64,000 nucleotides of DNA from the NCBI GenBank assembly GCA_040398005.1, contig JBBAUX010000002.1:32001-96000 (forward strand). Reading direction: 5' to 3'. Position 1 is the first letter of the stretch, and each line of letters begins with the position of its first letter. The notes under the pieces are model-generated. The model made no database searches. It worked only from the letters and a program-made list of their open reading frames with translations, and was not told the DNA's origin. Source of the DNA: Opitutales bacterium (lineage in GTDB: Bacteria; Verrucomicrobiota; Verrucomicrobiia; Opitutales; UBA953). The position numbers were made by a program, and so were the translations under genes. This document shows positions 19,946 through 29,502 of this stretch, one piece after another.

Positions 19946-20569
19946 ATGACCCGTTTAGAGCGAGCCAACTACGTGGCCAAAAACTTAGCTAAACTCTATC
20001 CGGAAACCCCCATCCCGTTGGATCACTCTGACCCCTTTACCTTGCTGGTGGCGGTGGTCTTATCCGCCCAGTGTACCGACAAGAAAGTGAACGAAGTTAC
20101 TCCCGCGCTTTTTCGTTTGGCCTCCACGCCCCAAAAGATGGCTATGTTAAAAGTCGAACAGGTCTATCAGGCCATTCGTCAGTTAGGTCTGGCCCCGCAA
20201 AAATCGAAAGCACTTGTGGGTTTGGCCAAATTGATTGTCGAGAAGCATGACGGACGGGTGCCTCGGACTTTTGAAGAGTTAGAGGAATTGCCAGGCGTCG
20301 GACATAAAACGGCCTCCGTCGTGATGGCTCAGGCTTTTGGCGTTCCTGCTTTCCCCGTGGATACGCACATTCATCGATTGGCCAAAAGATGGAAATTGAG
20401 TGTCGGTAAATCGGTCGAACAGGTTGAACGTGACCTCAAAAAAGTCTTTCCGGAAAAAGAATGGAACAAACTGCACTTAAGAATCATTTTTTACGGCAGA
20501 GAATATTGTACCGCTCGCGGGTGCGACGGCAAAACTTGTCCGATTTGTTTAGAGCTCAGAAAAAACTAA
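19946..20569 (+). CDS. nth: Endonuclease III
   Basis: LSAQCTD, LPGVGHKTA (HhH), VDTH, C-terminal Cys cluster; start trimmed to the ATG at 19946. Confidence 0.95.
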   Translation: MTRLERANYVAKNLAKLYPETPIPLDHSDPFTLLVAVVLSAQCTDKKVNEVTPALFRLASTPQKMAMLKVEQVYQAIRQLGLAPQKSKALVGLAKLIVEKHDGRVPRTFEELEELPGVGHKTASVVMAQAFGVPAFPVDTHIHRLAKRWKLSVGKSVEQVERDLKKVFPEKEWNKLHLRIIFYGREYCTARGCDGKTCPICLELRKN

Positions 20570-21006
20570 CCGAGCAGGGCTTCGTGCTTGGCCCTAAATT
20601 CGTCGCTCCATTCTGATGGCTGATGCGTGATGGCATCCATCCGACAAACGGTGCGTGCAGCTTTAGCATAAAGAAGGCTATGGTCGGCACTGCGAAATTC
20701 GAAATCAACCGTCAGTCCTGCGGCGCGAACTTTCTTAACCCGCTGAATGATTTTTACTTCGCATTCCGGCTTAATGGGTTGCAGGTATTGAACCTGTAAA
20801 TCGCGGACGACTACGTAAACATCAGGCGCGACCGCGGGGTCGATCGTGTCTTTACCCATTAAACTCACAAAGAAGATTTTCTGAGCCCGCTCCATCATGA
20901 GAACATAATGGGAGTGGTGCAAAATGCCGAGTCCGTCGGTTTGATCGAACCAAGTCTTCATCAAGACTACAAAGGTTTTGTCAGATTGAAGTCCGGTCGA
21001 AGTCAT
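20566..21006 (-). CDS. Hotdog-fold acyl-CoA thioesterase (4HBT/YbgC-like)
   Basis: FDQTDGLGILHHSHY motif, 146 aa. Confidence 0.8.
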   Translation of the reverse strand: MTSTGLQSDKTFVVLMKTWFDQTDGLGILHHSHYVLMMERAQKIFFVSLMGKDTIDPAVAPDVYVVVRDLQVQYLQPIKPECEVKIIQRVKKVRAAGLTVDFEFRSADHSLLYAKAARTVCRMDAITHQPSEWSDEFRAKHEALLG

Positions 21007-21049
21007 GAGAGAGAGGTGAGTGATTTATCGAGAAGGGCAAGCCTTAGAC

Positions 21050-22048
21050 TTATTTTGATTTACGATAGGTCAGGGCGAGGGCGTCTAAAGCCGTCCAGGT
21101 ATTGTGTGAGGGTTTTAAGCCTAAGTCTTTTTGTGCTGCCGAAACATCGAACCAATGATCCTTGGCTAATTCTACTGCGACAAATCGGGTCATCGGTGGC
21201 TCGCCTTTAAGTTTAAACAGCGTCCAAATCGTTTCCAAAACTGTACCTAAGAAGTAGGCTTTGCGTAGCGAAATTCTTTGGGTAACGGGTTTGATGTCGG
21301 CGCCGACGAGTAGACGATTCACAAATTCCCAAAGTTTTACGGGAGTACCTTGTGAAATAAAATAAGCCTTACCATTAGCATTTCCGTCGAGTAGCGCATC
21401 AAGTGCTTGCAGGTGAACACTGGCTGCAGTGTCGACGTGCGTCACGTCTACTTTATTATTTCCGTCGCCGACGATTTTAAGTTTTCCACTGCGTGCACTC
21501 GCGATGATTCTTGGAAATAAATGATGATCGCCTGGGCCCCAGATTAAATGGGGTCGCAGAGCACAAACGCGTAAATGGGGTGAGGCTGCCTTTAAAACTA
21601 TTTTTTCGGCGGCGGCTTTGGTTTCCGCATAAGCACAGAGCCAGTTTCTGCCATAGGGAAGTTCCTCGTTCGCACCGTTGAAAGATCCGCCTGTAAAAAC
21701 GACGCTTGGTGTACTCGTGTAAACAAAGGCTTTAACTTCAAGCACTCGGGCCGCCGTGATTAAATGATGCGTGCCCGTGATATTGGATTCTACGTAGTCT
21801 TCCCATTTTCCCCAAATGCCTGCTTTGGCAGCGACGTGAAAAATGTAATCACAACCGGTAACGGCCGCTTGCACGAATTTCTGGTCAGGCAGATTTCCCT
21901 GACGAAAATCGACTTGGTCGGCGATGGACTTCGGCAGGGGTTGACGTCCAATCACGCGCACCTCGTAACCGCGCAAGAGACAGCGTTCAACGATGGCTTG
22001 GCCCAAGAAACCGCCGCCACCAGTGACTAGTACGCAGGGTTTTTTCAT
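21050..22048 (-). CDS. oleD: OleD-like 2-alkyl-3-oxoalkanoate reductase (3-beta-HSD-type SDR)
   Basis: TGGGGFLG, HVAAKAGIWG, YAETK, LRPHLIWGPGD, EPPMTRF; 4-nt overlap with the oleC-like gene. Confidence 0.8.
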   Translation of the reverse strand: MKKPCVLVTGGGGFLGQAIVERCLLRGYEVRVIGRQPLPKSIADQVDFRQGNLPDQKFVQAAVTGCDYIFHVAAKAGIWGKWEDYVESNITGTHHLITAARVLEVKAFVYTSTPSVVFTGGSFNGANEELPYGRNWLCAYAETKAAAEKIVLKAASPHLRVCALRPHLIWGPGDHHLFPRIIASARSGKLKIVGDGNNKVDVTHVDTAASVHLQALDALLDGNANGKAYFISQGTPVKLWEFVNRLLVGADIKPVTQRISLRKAYFLGTVLETIWTLFKLKGEPPMTRFVAVELAKDHWFDVSAAQKDLGLKPSHNTWTALDALALTYRKSK

Positions 22049-23712
22049 GAAAGCTTTTTAATTTCTCGGCGAAGTTTTTGATTCCATTCGCGGGTGAGTT
22101 GTAGTCGATGAATTTTGGCGTTATGTCTGACGTCGACCGGAAGTTTTTCTTGAAAGACGATTCTCTTAACTTGGTTGGCGATGGGATGGAGGCGAGTGAT
22201 TTCCCAGAGGCTTTCGGTGAATTTTATGATTTCACCACGAGACTCAGGAAAACAATCGGGTTTGGGTTCGACGACTAAAACCGGGATTTGATTAGGGGCA
22301 TTGCCAATGCCAATAAGAGCGCAACGAGCTACGTCAGGATGTTGTTGAAACGCTGGTTCAACCGATTCAGTGGTAAGAATACTTTTGGCGGTGATTACTT
22401 TTTCGATGCAGCGACCATGGAACCAGAGTTGTCCGTCGTGATCTAATCTTCCTAAATCACCCATGCGATGCCAGAGCTCGGCCTCACCGTTTATTTTTGT
22501 CCGTAGGGTGGCCTCAGGATTATGATCATAGGCATGGGTGACGCTCGGCCCAGTGACAATGATTTCGCCGATTGTATTGGGCGCGTAAATGGTAGCATCG
22601 CTAAGATTCCGAATGACGTCGCTCGTCTCTTGTATAATTTTAACTCTTACTGACGCTACGGGTTTGCCGACGCAGGTTCCTTGTCCGCGTAGTGTTTCAG
22701 CAAAAGTTTCGGTGAGAATTTCGTGCGACTCGATGCTCGATACAGGCAGGCATTCGGTGGCGCCGTAGGGTGTGTGAATTTGGCAATGCGGTGCGATTTT
22801 TTTTAGTTGTTTTAAGAGCGGAATCGACACCGGTGCACCCGCAATCAAAAGTCGTTTCAACAATGGCAGGCTGATTTTTTGGTCTTCGCAGTACTGGGCA
22901 ATTTTTCCCCAAATGGCGGGCGATCCGAACGATGAGGTTACTTTCTCTGAGAGTAATGCAGACACAAGCAGTGCGGGATTCGCATCAGCGGGGCGAGAGG
23001 GATCGAGGAGTGGGGTGACGGTCGTTACGCCGAGAGCAGGATTAAATAATCCAAACACGGGAAGCATCGCCATATCGACTTCGCCCGGTTGAATTTGATA
23101 GGTTTTACGAACGAGGGAAATTTGCGCGTCGAACATACCATGTGTGTAGCGAACGCCTTTAGGTGTTCCCGTGGAACCAGAAGTAAAAATAATCGCGGCG
23201 AGACTGGAGGCGGTGACAGGTTCGAGTGGTCGGACCGTGGAGGTTGAACAGTCGCTCAGTAATTTATTCCAGGAACGTCCGCCCACTTTAATGCGGAAGT
23301 GAAGTGACTTAAATGCTTTGAATGGAAGATAGCTTAAGTAAAAAGGTTTAGACAGGGCGACGAGTGCGGTGGGAGTGGTATTTTCGATGCACGGTAACAT
23401 TTTTTTCCAGCCCATACCGGGATCGATAGCGATGGGAATGGCTCCCAATTTTAGAAGTCCAAACATGCACACGATAAGGTCATGCCCTGGGCGCACGGCG
23501 AGTAATGTGCGGGTGCCTGCGGTGATACCTTCTGCATGAAAAATTCGTGCGGCTGCATCGCTTTCTTGATCAAGTTTTAAAAACGAACACCAGTCGTGAA
23601 TCACTCGGCCATCTTCGTTCACAGACAGTGGTGACAGCGTCGCAATCGCTTGGGGGTTGTTCAGCGCGGCATGGCGAAGGTGTCTGGCGACGTTGCTACT
23701 CGTATCGTTCAT
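22045..23712 (-). CDS. oleC: OleC-like olefin beta-lactone synthetase (AMP-dependent ligase)
   Basis: IDPGMG, FTSGSTGTPKG, TPYGATECLPV, WHRMGDLG, VDVRHNAKI; start trimmed to the ATG at 23712 (SD AGGA). Confidence 0.82.
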   Translation of the reverse strand: MNDTSSNVARHLRHAALNNPQAIATLSPLSVNEDGRVIHDWCSFLKLDQESDAAARIFHAEGITAGTRTLLAVRPGHDLIVCMFGLLKLGAIPIAIDPGMGWKKMLPCIENTTPTALVALSKPFYLSYLPFKAFKSLHFRIKVGGRSWNKLLSDCSTSTVRPLEPVTASSLAAIIFTSGSTGTPKGVRYTHGMFDAQISLVRKTYQIQPGEVDMAMLPVFGLFNPALGVTTVTPLLDPSRPADANPALLVSALLSEKVTSSFGSPAIWGKIAQYCEDQKISLPLLKRLLIAGAPVSIPLLKQLKKIAPHCQIHTPYGATECLPVSSIESHEILTETFAETLRGQGTCVGKPVASVRVKIIQETSDVIRNLSDATIYAPNTIGEIIVTGPSVTHAYDHNPEATLRTKINGEAELWHRMGDLGRLDHDGQLWFHGRCIEKVITAKSILTTESVEPAFQQHPDVARCALIGIGNAPNQIPVLVVEPKPDCFPESRGEIIKFTESLWEITRLHPIANQVKRIVFQEKLPVDVRHNAKIHRLQLTREWNQKLRREIKKLS

Positions 23713-23726
23713 TTTCCTATCAATGA

Positions 23727-23750
23727 AGAAGCCCCGAAATCGGGGCTTCT
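23727..23750 (-). terminator. GC-rich hairpin between the lipoprotein gene and oleC (weak U-tract)
   Basis: AGAAGCCCCGA / TCGGGGCTTCT perfect inverted repeat. Confidence 0.6.
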
Positions 23751-23771
23751 GCAAGAGGACACTTTACCGAT

Positions 23772-24035
23772 TTAGTAATCGGTGAGGGTGATGGCACCCC
23801 AAAGAAGAGTGACGCGGTCGCCCGAATTGGCGCGGCGAGAGTAGAAGTCGTCCATTTTTAAACGAACGGTAGAATTATTGATGGCGCCGTAGGAGCCGGG
23901 TTCTACTTTAACAATGCCGAGGAAATTATGAGCGGGTTCCATGGATACGTTTTTTCCGTGGTTAGGTGTATCATAGCTACTGCAACCAACCATAGCGGCA
24001 GAGGCGATGAGAGTTAAAAGAGCGATTTGCTTCAT
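23772..24035 (-). CDS. Small hypothetical lipoprotein
   Basis: MKQIALLTLIASAAMVGC: signal peptide with lipobox-like Cys; start trimmed to the ATG at 24035. Confidence 0.7.
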   Translation of the reverse strand: MKQIALLTLIASAAMVGCSSYDTPNHGKNVSMEPAHNFLGIVKVEPGSYGAINNSTVRLKMDDFYSRRANSGDRVTLLWGAITLTDY

Positions 24036-24087
24036 AGGGGTGTGTCTTATTTGGGGTAACCTTGGGCGGGTAGACAAGCCAGAAACC

Positions 24088-24942
24088 TCAAGAATTTACC
24101 CACAAATGCCAAGCGGTGACTAATTCAGTACCCCGAAAGAACCAAAGGGCTGCTGCAATAGCCATACTCGGCACAAAGGGGACGCTTTCGGACTCTTTTT
24201 TGGGTCCAAAGAGGGCCAAAACGGAGGGTAATTTTATGATAACGCCGATGACCGATCCCCCGAACAAACAAAATAGTGCACCTTGCCATCCGCAGAAAGC
24301 ACCCACGCCCGCACAGAGAATGATGTCCGCTTCGCCCATCGCTTCTTGGCCCATGATAACGCTGGCGATGGTCCGAATCCACCAAACGAGTGCCGTTCCC
24401 ACCGCGATTCCGATGAGTGAGTCGGACGCCGAATTGATCCGATTTATAATTTCCAGACCCGAACCCGTTTCGCCGTGGAGTGAGGGAGCGATAACGGAAA
24501 AGAATAGTCCTAGTCCCACTAATAAAAAATTAGGCGCGTCGGGCACGAGCATTTCCTGCATGTCGCATCCCGCTAAAATAATTAACAGAGAAAGAAAGAC
24601 GCAACCAATGGCGGCTTTCACCGGGGAAAGAACGAGAAAGGCCGTTACGAAAAGCAGGGCAGTGATTAATTCAACCAGCGGATACTGTATTGAAATCCTC
24701 GCCTCACAACATTTCGCCCGACCTCGGAGCAGCAGCCAACCGAACAAAGGTATATTAAACCAGACCGGTATTTTTTGGCCGCAGGCACAACGCGAGGGTG
24801 GACTGATAATCGATTCACCTTTGGGCAGACGGTGAATGCAGACGTTTAAGAAACTTCCCACGCAGGCACCAATCGCTCCGATAAAAACTGCCGTGATGCT
24901 CGGATGGAGTGCCATGAAGATTTGGAAATCAATGAGCTGCAT
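24088..24942 (-). CDS. pilD: Prepilin peptidase / N-methyltransferase (A24)
   Basis: GSFLNVCIHRLP, Cys pairs, YPLVEL, AMGEAD, VPFVP. Confidence 0.9.
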   Translation of the reverse strand: MQLIDFQIFMALHPSITAVFIGAIGACVGSFLNVCIHRLPKGESIISPPSRCACGQKIPVWFNIPLFGWLLLRGRAKCCEARISIQYPLVELITALLFVTAFLVLSPVKAAIGCVFLSLLIILAGCDMQEMLVPDAPNFLLVGLGLFFSVIAPSLHGETGSGLEIINRINSASDSLIGIAVGTALVWWIRTIASVIMGQEAMGEADIILCAGVGAFCGWQGALFCLFGGSVIGVIIKLPSVLALFGPKKESESVPFVPSMAIAAALWFFRGTELVTAWHLWVNS

Positions 24943-24943
24943 G

Positions 24944-25822
24944 TTATTTTTCTCCGAGCGCTGCGCGCATGGGTTCGTGGGGAGGAGTTATACCTGTCCA
25001 AAGTTTAAAAGCGAGCGCACCTTGCCAGCGTAACATTGATCGTCCATCGCAAGATTTGACCCCTAGTTTATCGGCTGTTTTGATTAAAGAGGTTTCATGG
25101 GCACCGTAAGTAGTATCAAAAATAAATCCGGCATTCTTTAAAAGTGATTCGGCTAAAGGTAATTCATCGTCGGACTTAAGGCCCAAGGTGGTGCAGTTTA
25201 CGATAATCGTACCGGATGGAATGGTGCCGATTTCTTTTAGGCCAATGGCGGAAACTCTTGGGTCGTTTAAAGCCTTAACTAAGTTTTCAGCTTTAGTGAT
25301 ATCGCGGTTGGCAATCATCAGGCTGCGACAGTTAGCCTGAATACACGCTGCGGCAATCGCGCGGGACGCTCCACCGGCTCCAAGAATCATGACATCTTTT
25401 TGTTCTACGCCGCTCCCGGAGTATTCCTTCAGCGCTTCGAGAAAACCTTGTCCATCAGTCGTATGTCCAGCCCAGCCGTCTGGCGTGGGCACTAAGGTGT
25501 TAACCGATTCAGCTTTTTTGGCTTCAGGTGATAAACTTTTCACTAAACCCAACGCCGCAATTTTATGCGGAACGGTTAAGTTGAGTCCGATAAAATTTTT
25601 AGCCCGCAGAACCGTGAGTGCTTGAGCGAGTTCTTCAGATTTAATGTGTAGTCTTAAATATTTAACTGGGGAGAGTTGAGGATGGGCCGGGGCCAGCGCT
25701 TGGAGTGCGGCATGATGCATCGCTGGACTTAGCGAATGGCTGATGGGATCGCCGAGCACCGCTAAGCAGGGATGTGAAAAATCCATGCTCATCATTTCTT
25801 TTAATGTTATTCCTGTTTCCAC
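24944..25822 (-). CDS. aroE: Shikimate dehydrogenase
   Basis: HSLSPAMH, NLTVPHK, SVNT, GAGGASRA. Confidence 0.93.
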   Translation of the reverse strand: METGITLKEMMSMDFSHPCLAVLGDPISHSLSPAMHHAALQALAPAHPQLSPVKYLRLHIKSEELAQALTVLRAKNFIGLNLTVPHKIAALGLVKSLSPEAKKAESVNTLVPTPDGWAGHTTDGQGFLEALKEYSGSGVEQKDVMILGAGGASRAIAAACIQANCRSLMIANRDITKAENLVKALNDPRVSAIGLKEIGTIPSGTIIVNCTTLGLKSDDELPLAESLLKNAGFIFDTTYGAHETSLIKTADKLGVKSCDGRSMLRWQGALAFKLWTGITPPHEPMRAALGEK

Positions 25823-26664
25823 GTTTTTGGGTCGCGACTTTCGATAATATTTACAAAGCTAAGGAAGAGACGACTATTTTTATCATCTCCATTGGCCTCA
25901 AATTGTGAGACTAGGTTTCGACAACAGCGAGCAATCGTTTGTTCAGCGCTGATCGGCTTTAAAAAGGCATCATCGGCAGGCAGATGGTTATTAAGTAACA
26001 TTAGCTGAATTTCGGAACGGGTTCGAAATGTTCCACCTTCATAGCAGTCGATAAAGACAGGATTATTATTTTTAAAGATGCCGACCATGAATCGTCCAGG
26101 TAAGCCAACCGGTTGGACGGGTAGACTGAGGCGCTGGGCGACGAGTAAGAAGATGAGACAAAGTGAAATAGGAATACCGCGGTGTGATTTAATGACGGTC
26201 GAAAGAAGTGATGAGTCGGGCTTAGAGAAAGATTCTTGGGCGCCGCGATAGCCTTCTTCTCCAAAAATCACACGACAGAGTATGCGACACTTATCCTGCA
26301 CCGTGACGGGCTCGGTAATGAGTTGTCTAGTCCGGTCGGCCAAATGATCCAGTTCCTCGTCGTAAGCTTTGTCGGCCAGGGTGGGGTGAATAACGCGTTC
26401 GAAAAGTAAACAGGCTTCTTCTAGATCTTGGATGCCGCCTTTAATGTGCTCAATGAAGTTACGCGTAGCCAATTCAGACGTACGTAAATTGGAGAGGAGT
26501 GACTTGGCGTGACTCGCTAAATTTTTATTTTTAGTAAGAACTTCAAGCCAGAGTAGTCCTTCATCGCCCGCGGCTTTAATTTCATTAATCACCGCTTCAC
26601 GCACCACGGGTGAAGGGTCGTCGAGCAACCTTTCAAGGACAGCAAGTTGCTTCGTCGGCTTCAT
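25807..26664 (-). CDS. SirB1-like / transglutaminase-like family protein
   Basis: RGIPISL, VGLPGRFMV, IDCYEGG, ARCCRNL; start trimmed to the ATG at 26664. Confidence 0.75.
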   Translation of the reverse strand: MKPTKQLAVLERLLDDPSPVVREAVINEIKAAGDEGLLWLEVLTKNKNLASHAKSLLSNLRTSELATRNFIEHIKGGIQDLEEACLLFERVIHPTLADKAYDEELDHLADRTRQLITEPVTVQDKCRILCRVIFGEEGYRGAQESFSKPDSSLLSTVIKSHRGIPISLCLIFLLVAQRLSLPVQPVGLPGRFMVGIFKNNNPVFIDCYEGGTFRTRSEIQLMLLNNHLPADDAFLKPISAEQTIARCCRNLVSQFEANGDDKNSRLFLSFVNIIESRDPKTWKQE

Positions 26665-26723
26665 TCGATTTAATGTATCAAAGCGTGAGCGATTTCGCAA
26701 TACACGACTCTTGGGCGGTTTTG

Positions 26724-26856
26724 CGACAACTCGTCACGAGGGTGACGGGCTGTCACCCCCGTTTGACACAGAGGGTTCTTAATTAATCAATTATATGCGT
26801 TTACACCCCAAAAATTAGGGACAAACTTATAGTCAGTTGATTGGTCTAATTAGTGC
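26724..26856 (+). promoter_or_regulatory. Candidate sigma54 promoter with two upstream palindromic boxes before clpB
   Basis: TTGG-N10-GC spacing (GG 26843-44, GC 26855-56); CGACA-N3-CGTCA at 26724 and TGACG-N3-TGTCA at 26743. Confidence 0.5.
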
Positions 26857-26870
26857 ATAGTTTTATTTAT

Positions 26871-29471
26871 ATGAGCACACCCTACGGAAATCTGACGGAT
26901 AAAACTACGGAAGCTTTACAACTCTCACAGAGTGATGTCGTTCAACGTCGCCACGCTACGATCGAACCTGCCCACATTCTTTTTAGTCTCATGACTCAAG
27001 AGGGTGGAGTTGTCTCGGCTCTCTTACGTCGCGCCAATAAAGAAGAAAAAACCATCCTCTCGGCCTTGGCTGGGATTTTAGCCCGTCAGCCCAAATTGGC
27101 TCAGCCCAATGCTCAGCCTGGATTATCCACGGAATCTCAATCGGTTTTATTAAAAGCCAAAGAAGAGGCTGCGACGATGAAAGATGATTATGTTTCCGCC
27201 GAACACGTCCTGTTGGCTTTGGCCGAATCATCTTCTTTAAGCCCGATTTTCAAAGAAATTAATTTTGGTAAAGCTGCCATCATGACTGCTTTGAAAGCCG
27301 TCCGTGGATCGCAGCGCGTGACCACTGCGAATCCCGAAGCCACCTACGAAGCACTCAGTAAATACGGTATTAATCTAACCGAACGGGCCAGTTCAGGTAA
27401 AATGGATCCCGTCATTGGTCGAGATGAAGAAATCCGCCGCGTCATCCGCATTCTTTCTCGTCGCACCAAAAATAATCCTGTTTTAATTGGTGAACCTGGC
27501 GTCGGTAAAACCGCCGTGGTCGAAGGCCTGGCTCAACGTATTATTAGTGGCGATGTCCCTGAGGGCTTAAAAAACAAAGTGATATTTTCTTTAGACATGG
27601 GATCGCTTCTGGCGGGTGCTAAATATCGCGGTGAATTTGAAGAGCGCCTGAAAGCTGTTTTAGCAGAAGTTAAATCGGCCGAAGGTGGAATTCTCCTTTT
27701 TATCGACGAGATGCACACTCTAGTAGGAGCCGGAAAAGCGGATGGTGCGATGGACGCGGCGAACTTACTTAAACCGATGTTGGCTCGCGGTGAATTGCAT
27801 TGTATCGGAGCGACGACACTGGATGAGTTTCGTCAGCACGTGGAAAAAGATGCGGCTCTGGAACGTCGATTCCAACAAGTCATGGTCGAGCCTCCGAGTG
27901 TGCCCGACACGGTTTCTATTTTACGCGGATTGAAAGAACGCTTTGAAGTTCACCATGGTGTGAAGATCGAAGATGCTGCTTTGGTCGAAGCGGCTGTCTT
28001 GTCGGATCGCTACATCACATCGCGATTTTTACCCGATAAAGCGATTGATTTGGTTGATGAAGCCTGTGCCCAGATTCGTACGGAAATCGACAGTGTACCC
28101 GCTGAATTAGATGTTATAAATCGAAATGTTTTAAGACTAGAGGTTGAAGAATCGGCTCTTAAAAATGAAAAAGACGACGCTTCAAAAGCTCGCTTAGGTG
28201 GACTAAAAAAAGAATTAGCTGAAGCGGGTGAATCTCAACGGATGATGCGTAATCGCTGGGAGTCGGATAAAGCTGCCGTGACTAAGGTGCGGGCCGCCCG
28301 CGAACAACTGGATAATGCCCGTCGCGAAATGACTGATGCCGAAAGAAAAAATGACCTTAACACCATGGCGGCACTCCGCCACGGCCGTATTCCTCAATTA
28401 GAAAAAGATGTCGCGACGCTTGAGCAGTCTGCCAAAACCGGCACGGGTCTGTTTAGGGAAGTTGTAACGCCAGAAGAAATTGCTGAAGTCGTAGCGCGGT
28501 GGACGGGCGTACCAATCACCCGACTACTGGCCTCCGAACGCGAGAAACTTTTGCAACTCACTGCGCATCTTCAAGAGCGTGTGGTAGGACAAAAAGAAGC
28601 TGTTTTAGCAGTCGCAGATGCGGTGCAACGTTCACGTGCGGGTGTGCAAGATCCGCGCCGCCCCGTGGGATCATTCATATTTCTTGGGCCCACCGGTGTG
28701 GGTAAAACAGAGTTAGCCAAGGCCTTAGCGGTCGAACTCTTCGACAACGAAAAGTCGATGATTCGCATCGATATGTCGGAGTACATGGAGAAGCATGCGG
28801 TATCCCGTTTAGTGGGAGCGCCTCCCGGTTACGTGGGTCACGAAGATGGAGGACAACTCACGGAAGCGATTCGTCGTCACCCTTACTGCGTTGTCTTACT
28901 CGATGAAGTTGAAAAAGCGCACCCTGATGTATTCAATATTTTATTACAGGTTTTAGATGATGGACGCTTGACCGATTCGCAAGGTCGCACGGTCGATTGT
29001 CGAAATGCAATTTTTATTATGACTTCGAATATTGGCAGTCGTCATATTGCGGCTTCGGCCGGGATGGGCGAAATGTCGGAGAATGTGAGGGAGTCGGTGA
29101 TGGCTGATTTGCGTCAGCATTTCCGCCCCGAGTTTCTTAATCGCGTCGATGACGTCGTTCTCTTCCATTCCTTGGGCATTGAAGAGGTCGCCGCTATCGC
29201 CGGATTGTTAATCAGGGATCTCAACGCTCGTTTAGCGGCGAAACGGATTCGATTAGTCTTAGATAAAAAGGTTCTACAGTGGTTAGCTGATCGCGGATTG
29301 GATCCCGTGTATGGGGCTCGTCCGTTACGTCGATTTATCCAACGTGAAATTGAAACCCCACTGGCTAAAGAAATTTTAGCGGGGCAGATTTTGGATGGGT
29401 CCTCGGTCAAAGTGACACTGAAAGACGCTCACGTGGCCTTTGAATCTAAAGTCGGTGGGTTTTCGGATTGA
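26871..29471 (+). CDS. clpB: ATP-dependent disaggregase ClpB
   Basis: Two AAA+ modules ([16 protein letters not shown]), coiled-coil M domain, [11 protein letters not shown] at 26871. Confidence 0.97.
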   Translation: MSTPYGNLTDKTTEALQLSQSDVVQRRHATIEPAHILFSLMTQEGGVVSALLRRANKEEKTILSALAGILARQPKLAQPNAQPGLSTESQSVLLKAKEEAATMKDDYVSAEHVLLALAESSSLSPIFKEINFGKAAIMTALKAVRGSQRVTTANPEATYEALSKYGINLTERASSGKMDPVIGRDEEIRRVIRILSRRTKNNPVLIGEPGVGKTAVVEGLAQRIISGDVPEGLKNKVIFSLDMGSLLAGAKYRGEFEERLKAVLAEVKSAEGGILLFIDEMHTLVGAGKADGAMDAANLLKPMLARGELHCIGATTLDEFRQHVEKDAALERRFQQVMVEPPSVPDTVSILRGLKERFEVHHGVKIEDAALVEAAVLSDRYITSRFLPDKAIDLVDEACAQIRTEIDSVPAELDVINRNVLRLEVEESALKNEKDDASKARLGGLKKELAEAGESQRMMRNRWESDKAAVTKVRAAREQLDNARREMTDAERKNDLNTMAALRHGRIPQLEKDVATLEQSAKTGTGLFREVVTPEEIAEVVARWTGVPITRLLASEREKLLQLTAHLQERVVGQKEAVLAVADAVQRSRAGVQDPRRPVGSFIFLGPTGVGKTELAKALAVELFDNEKSMIRIDMSEYMEKHAVSRLVGAPPGYVGHEDGGQLTEAIRRHPYCVVLLDEVEKAHPDVFNILLQVLDDGRLTDSQGRTVDCRNAIFIMTSNIGSRHIAASAGMGEMSENVRESVMADLRQHFRPEFLNRVDDVVLFHSLGIEEVAAIAGLLIRDLNARLAAKRIRLVLDKKVLQWLADRGLDPVYGARPLRRFIQREIETPLAKEILAGQILDGSSVKVTLKDAHVAFESKVGGFSD

Positions 29472-29502
29472 AGGTTGGCCGTAGTCCGTAAATCTTCGCC
29501 TT

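Noticed and set aside
24116..24835. 239-aa plus-strand ORF
   Set aside because: Antisense shadow of pilD with no recognisable motifs
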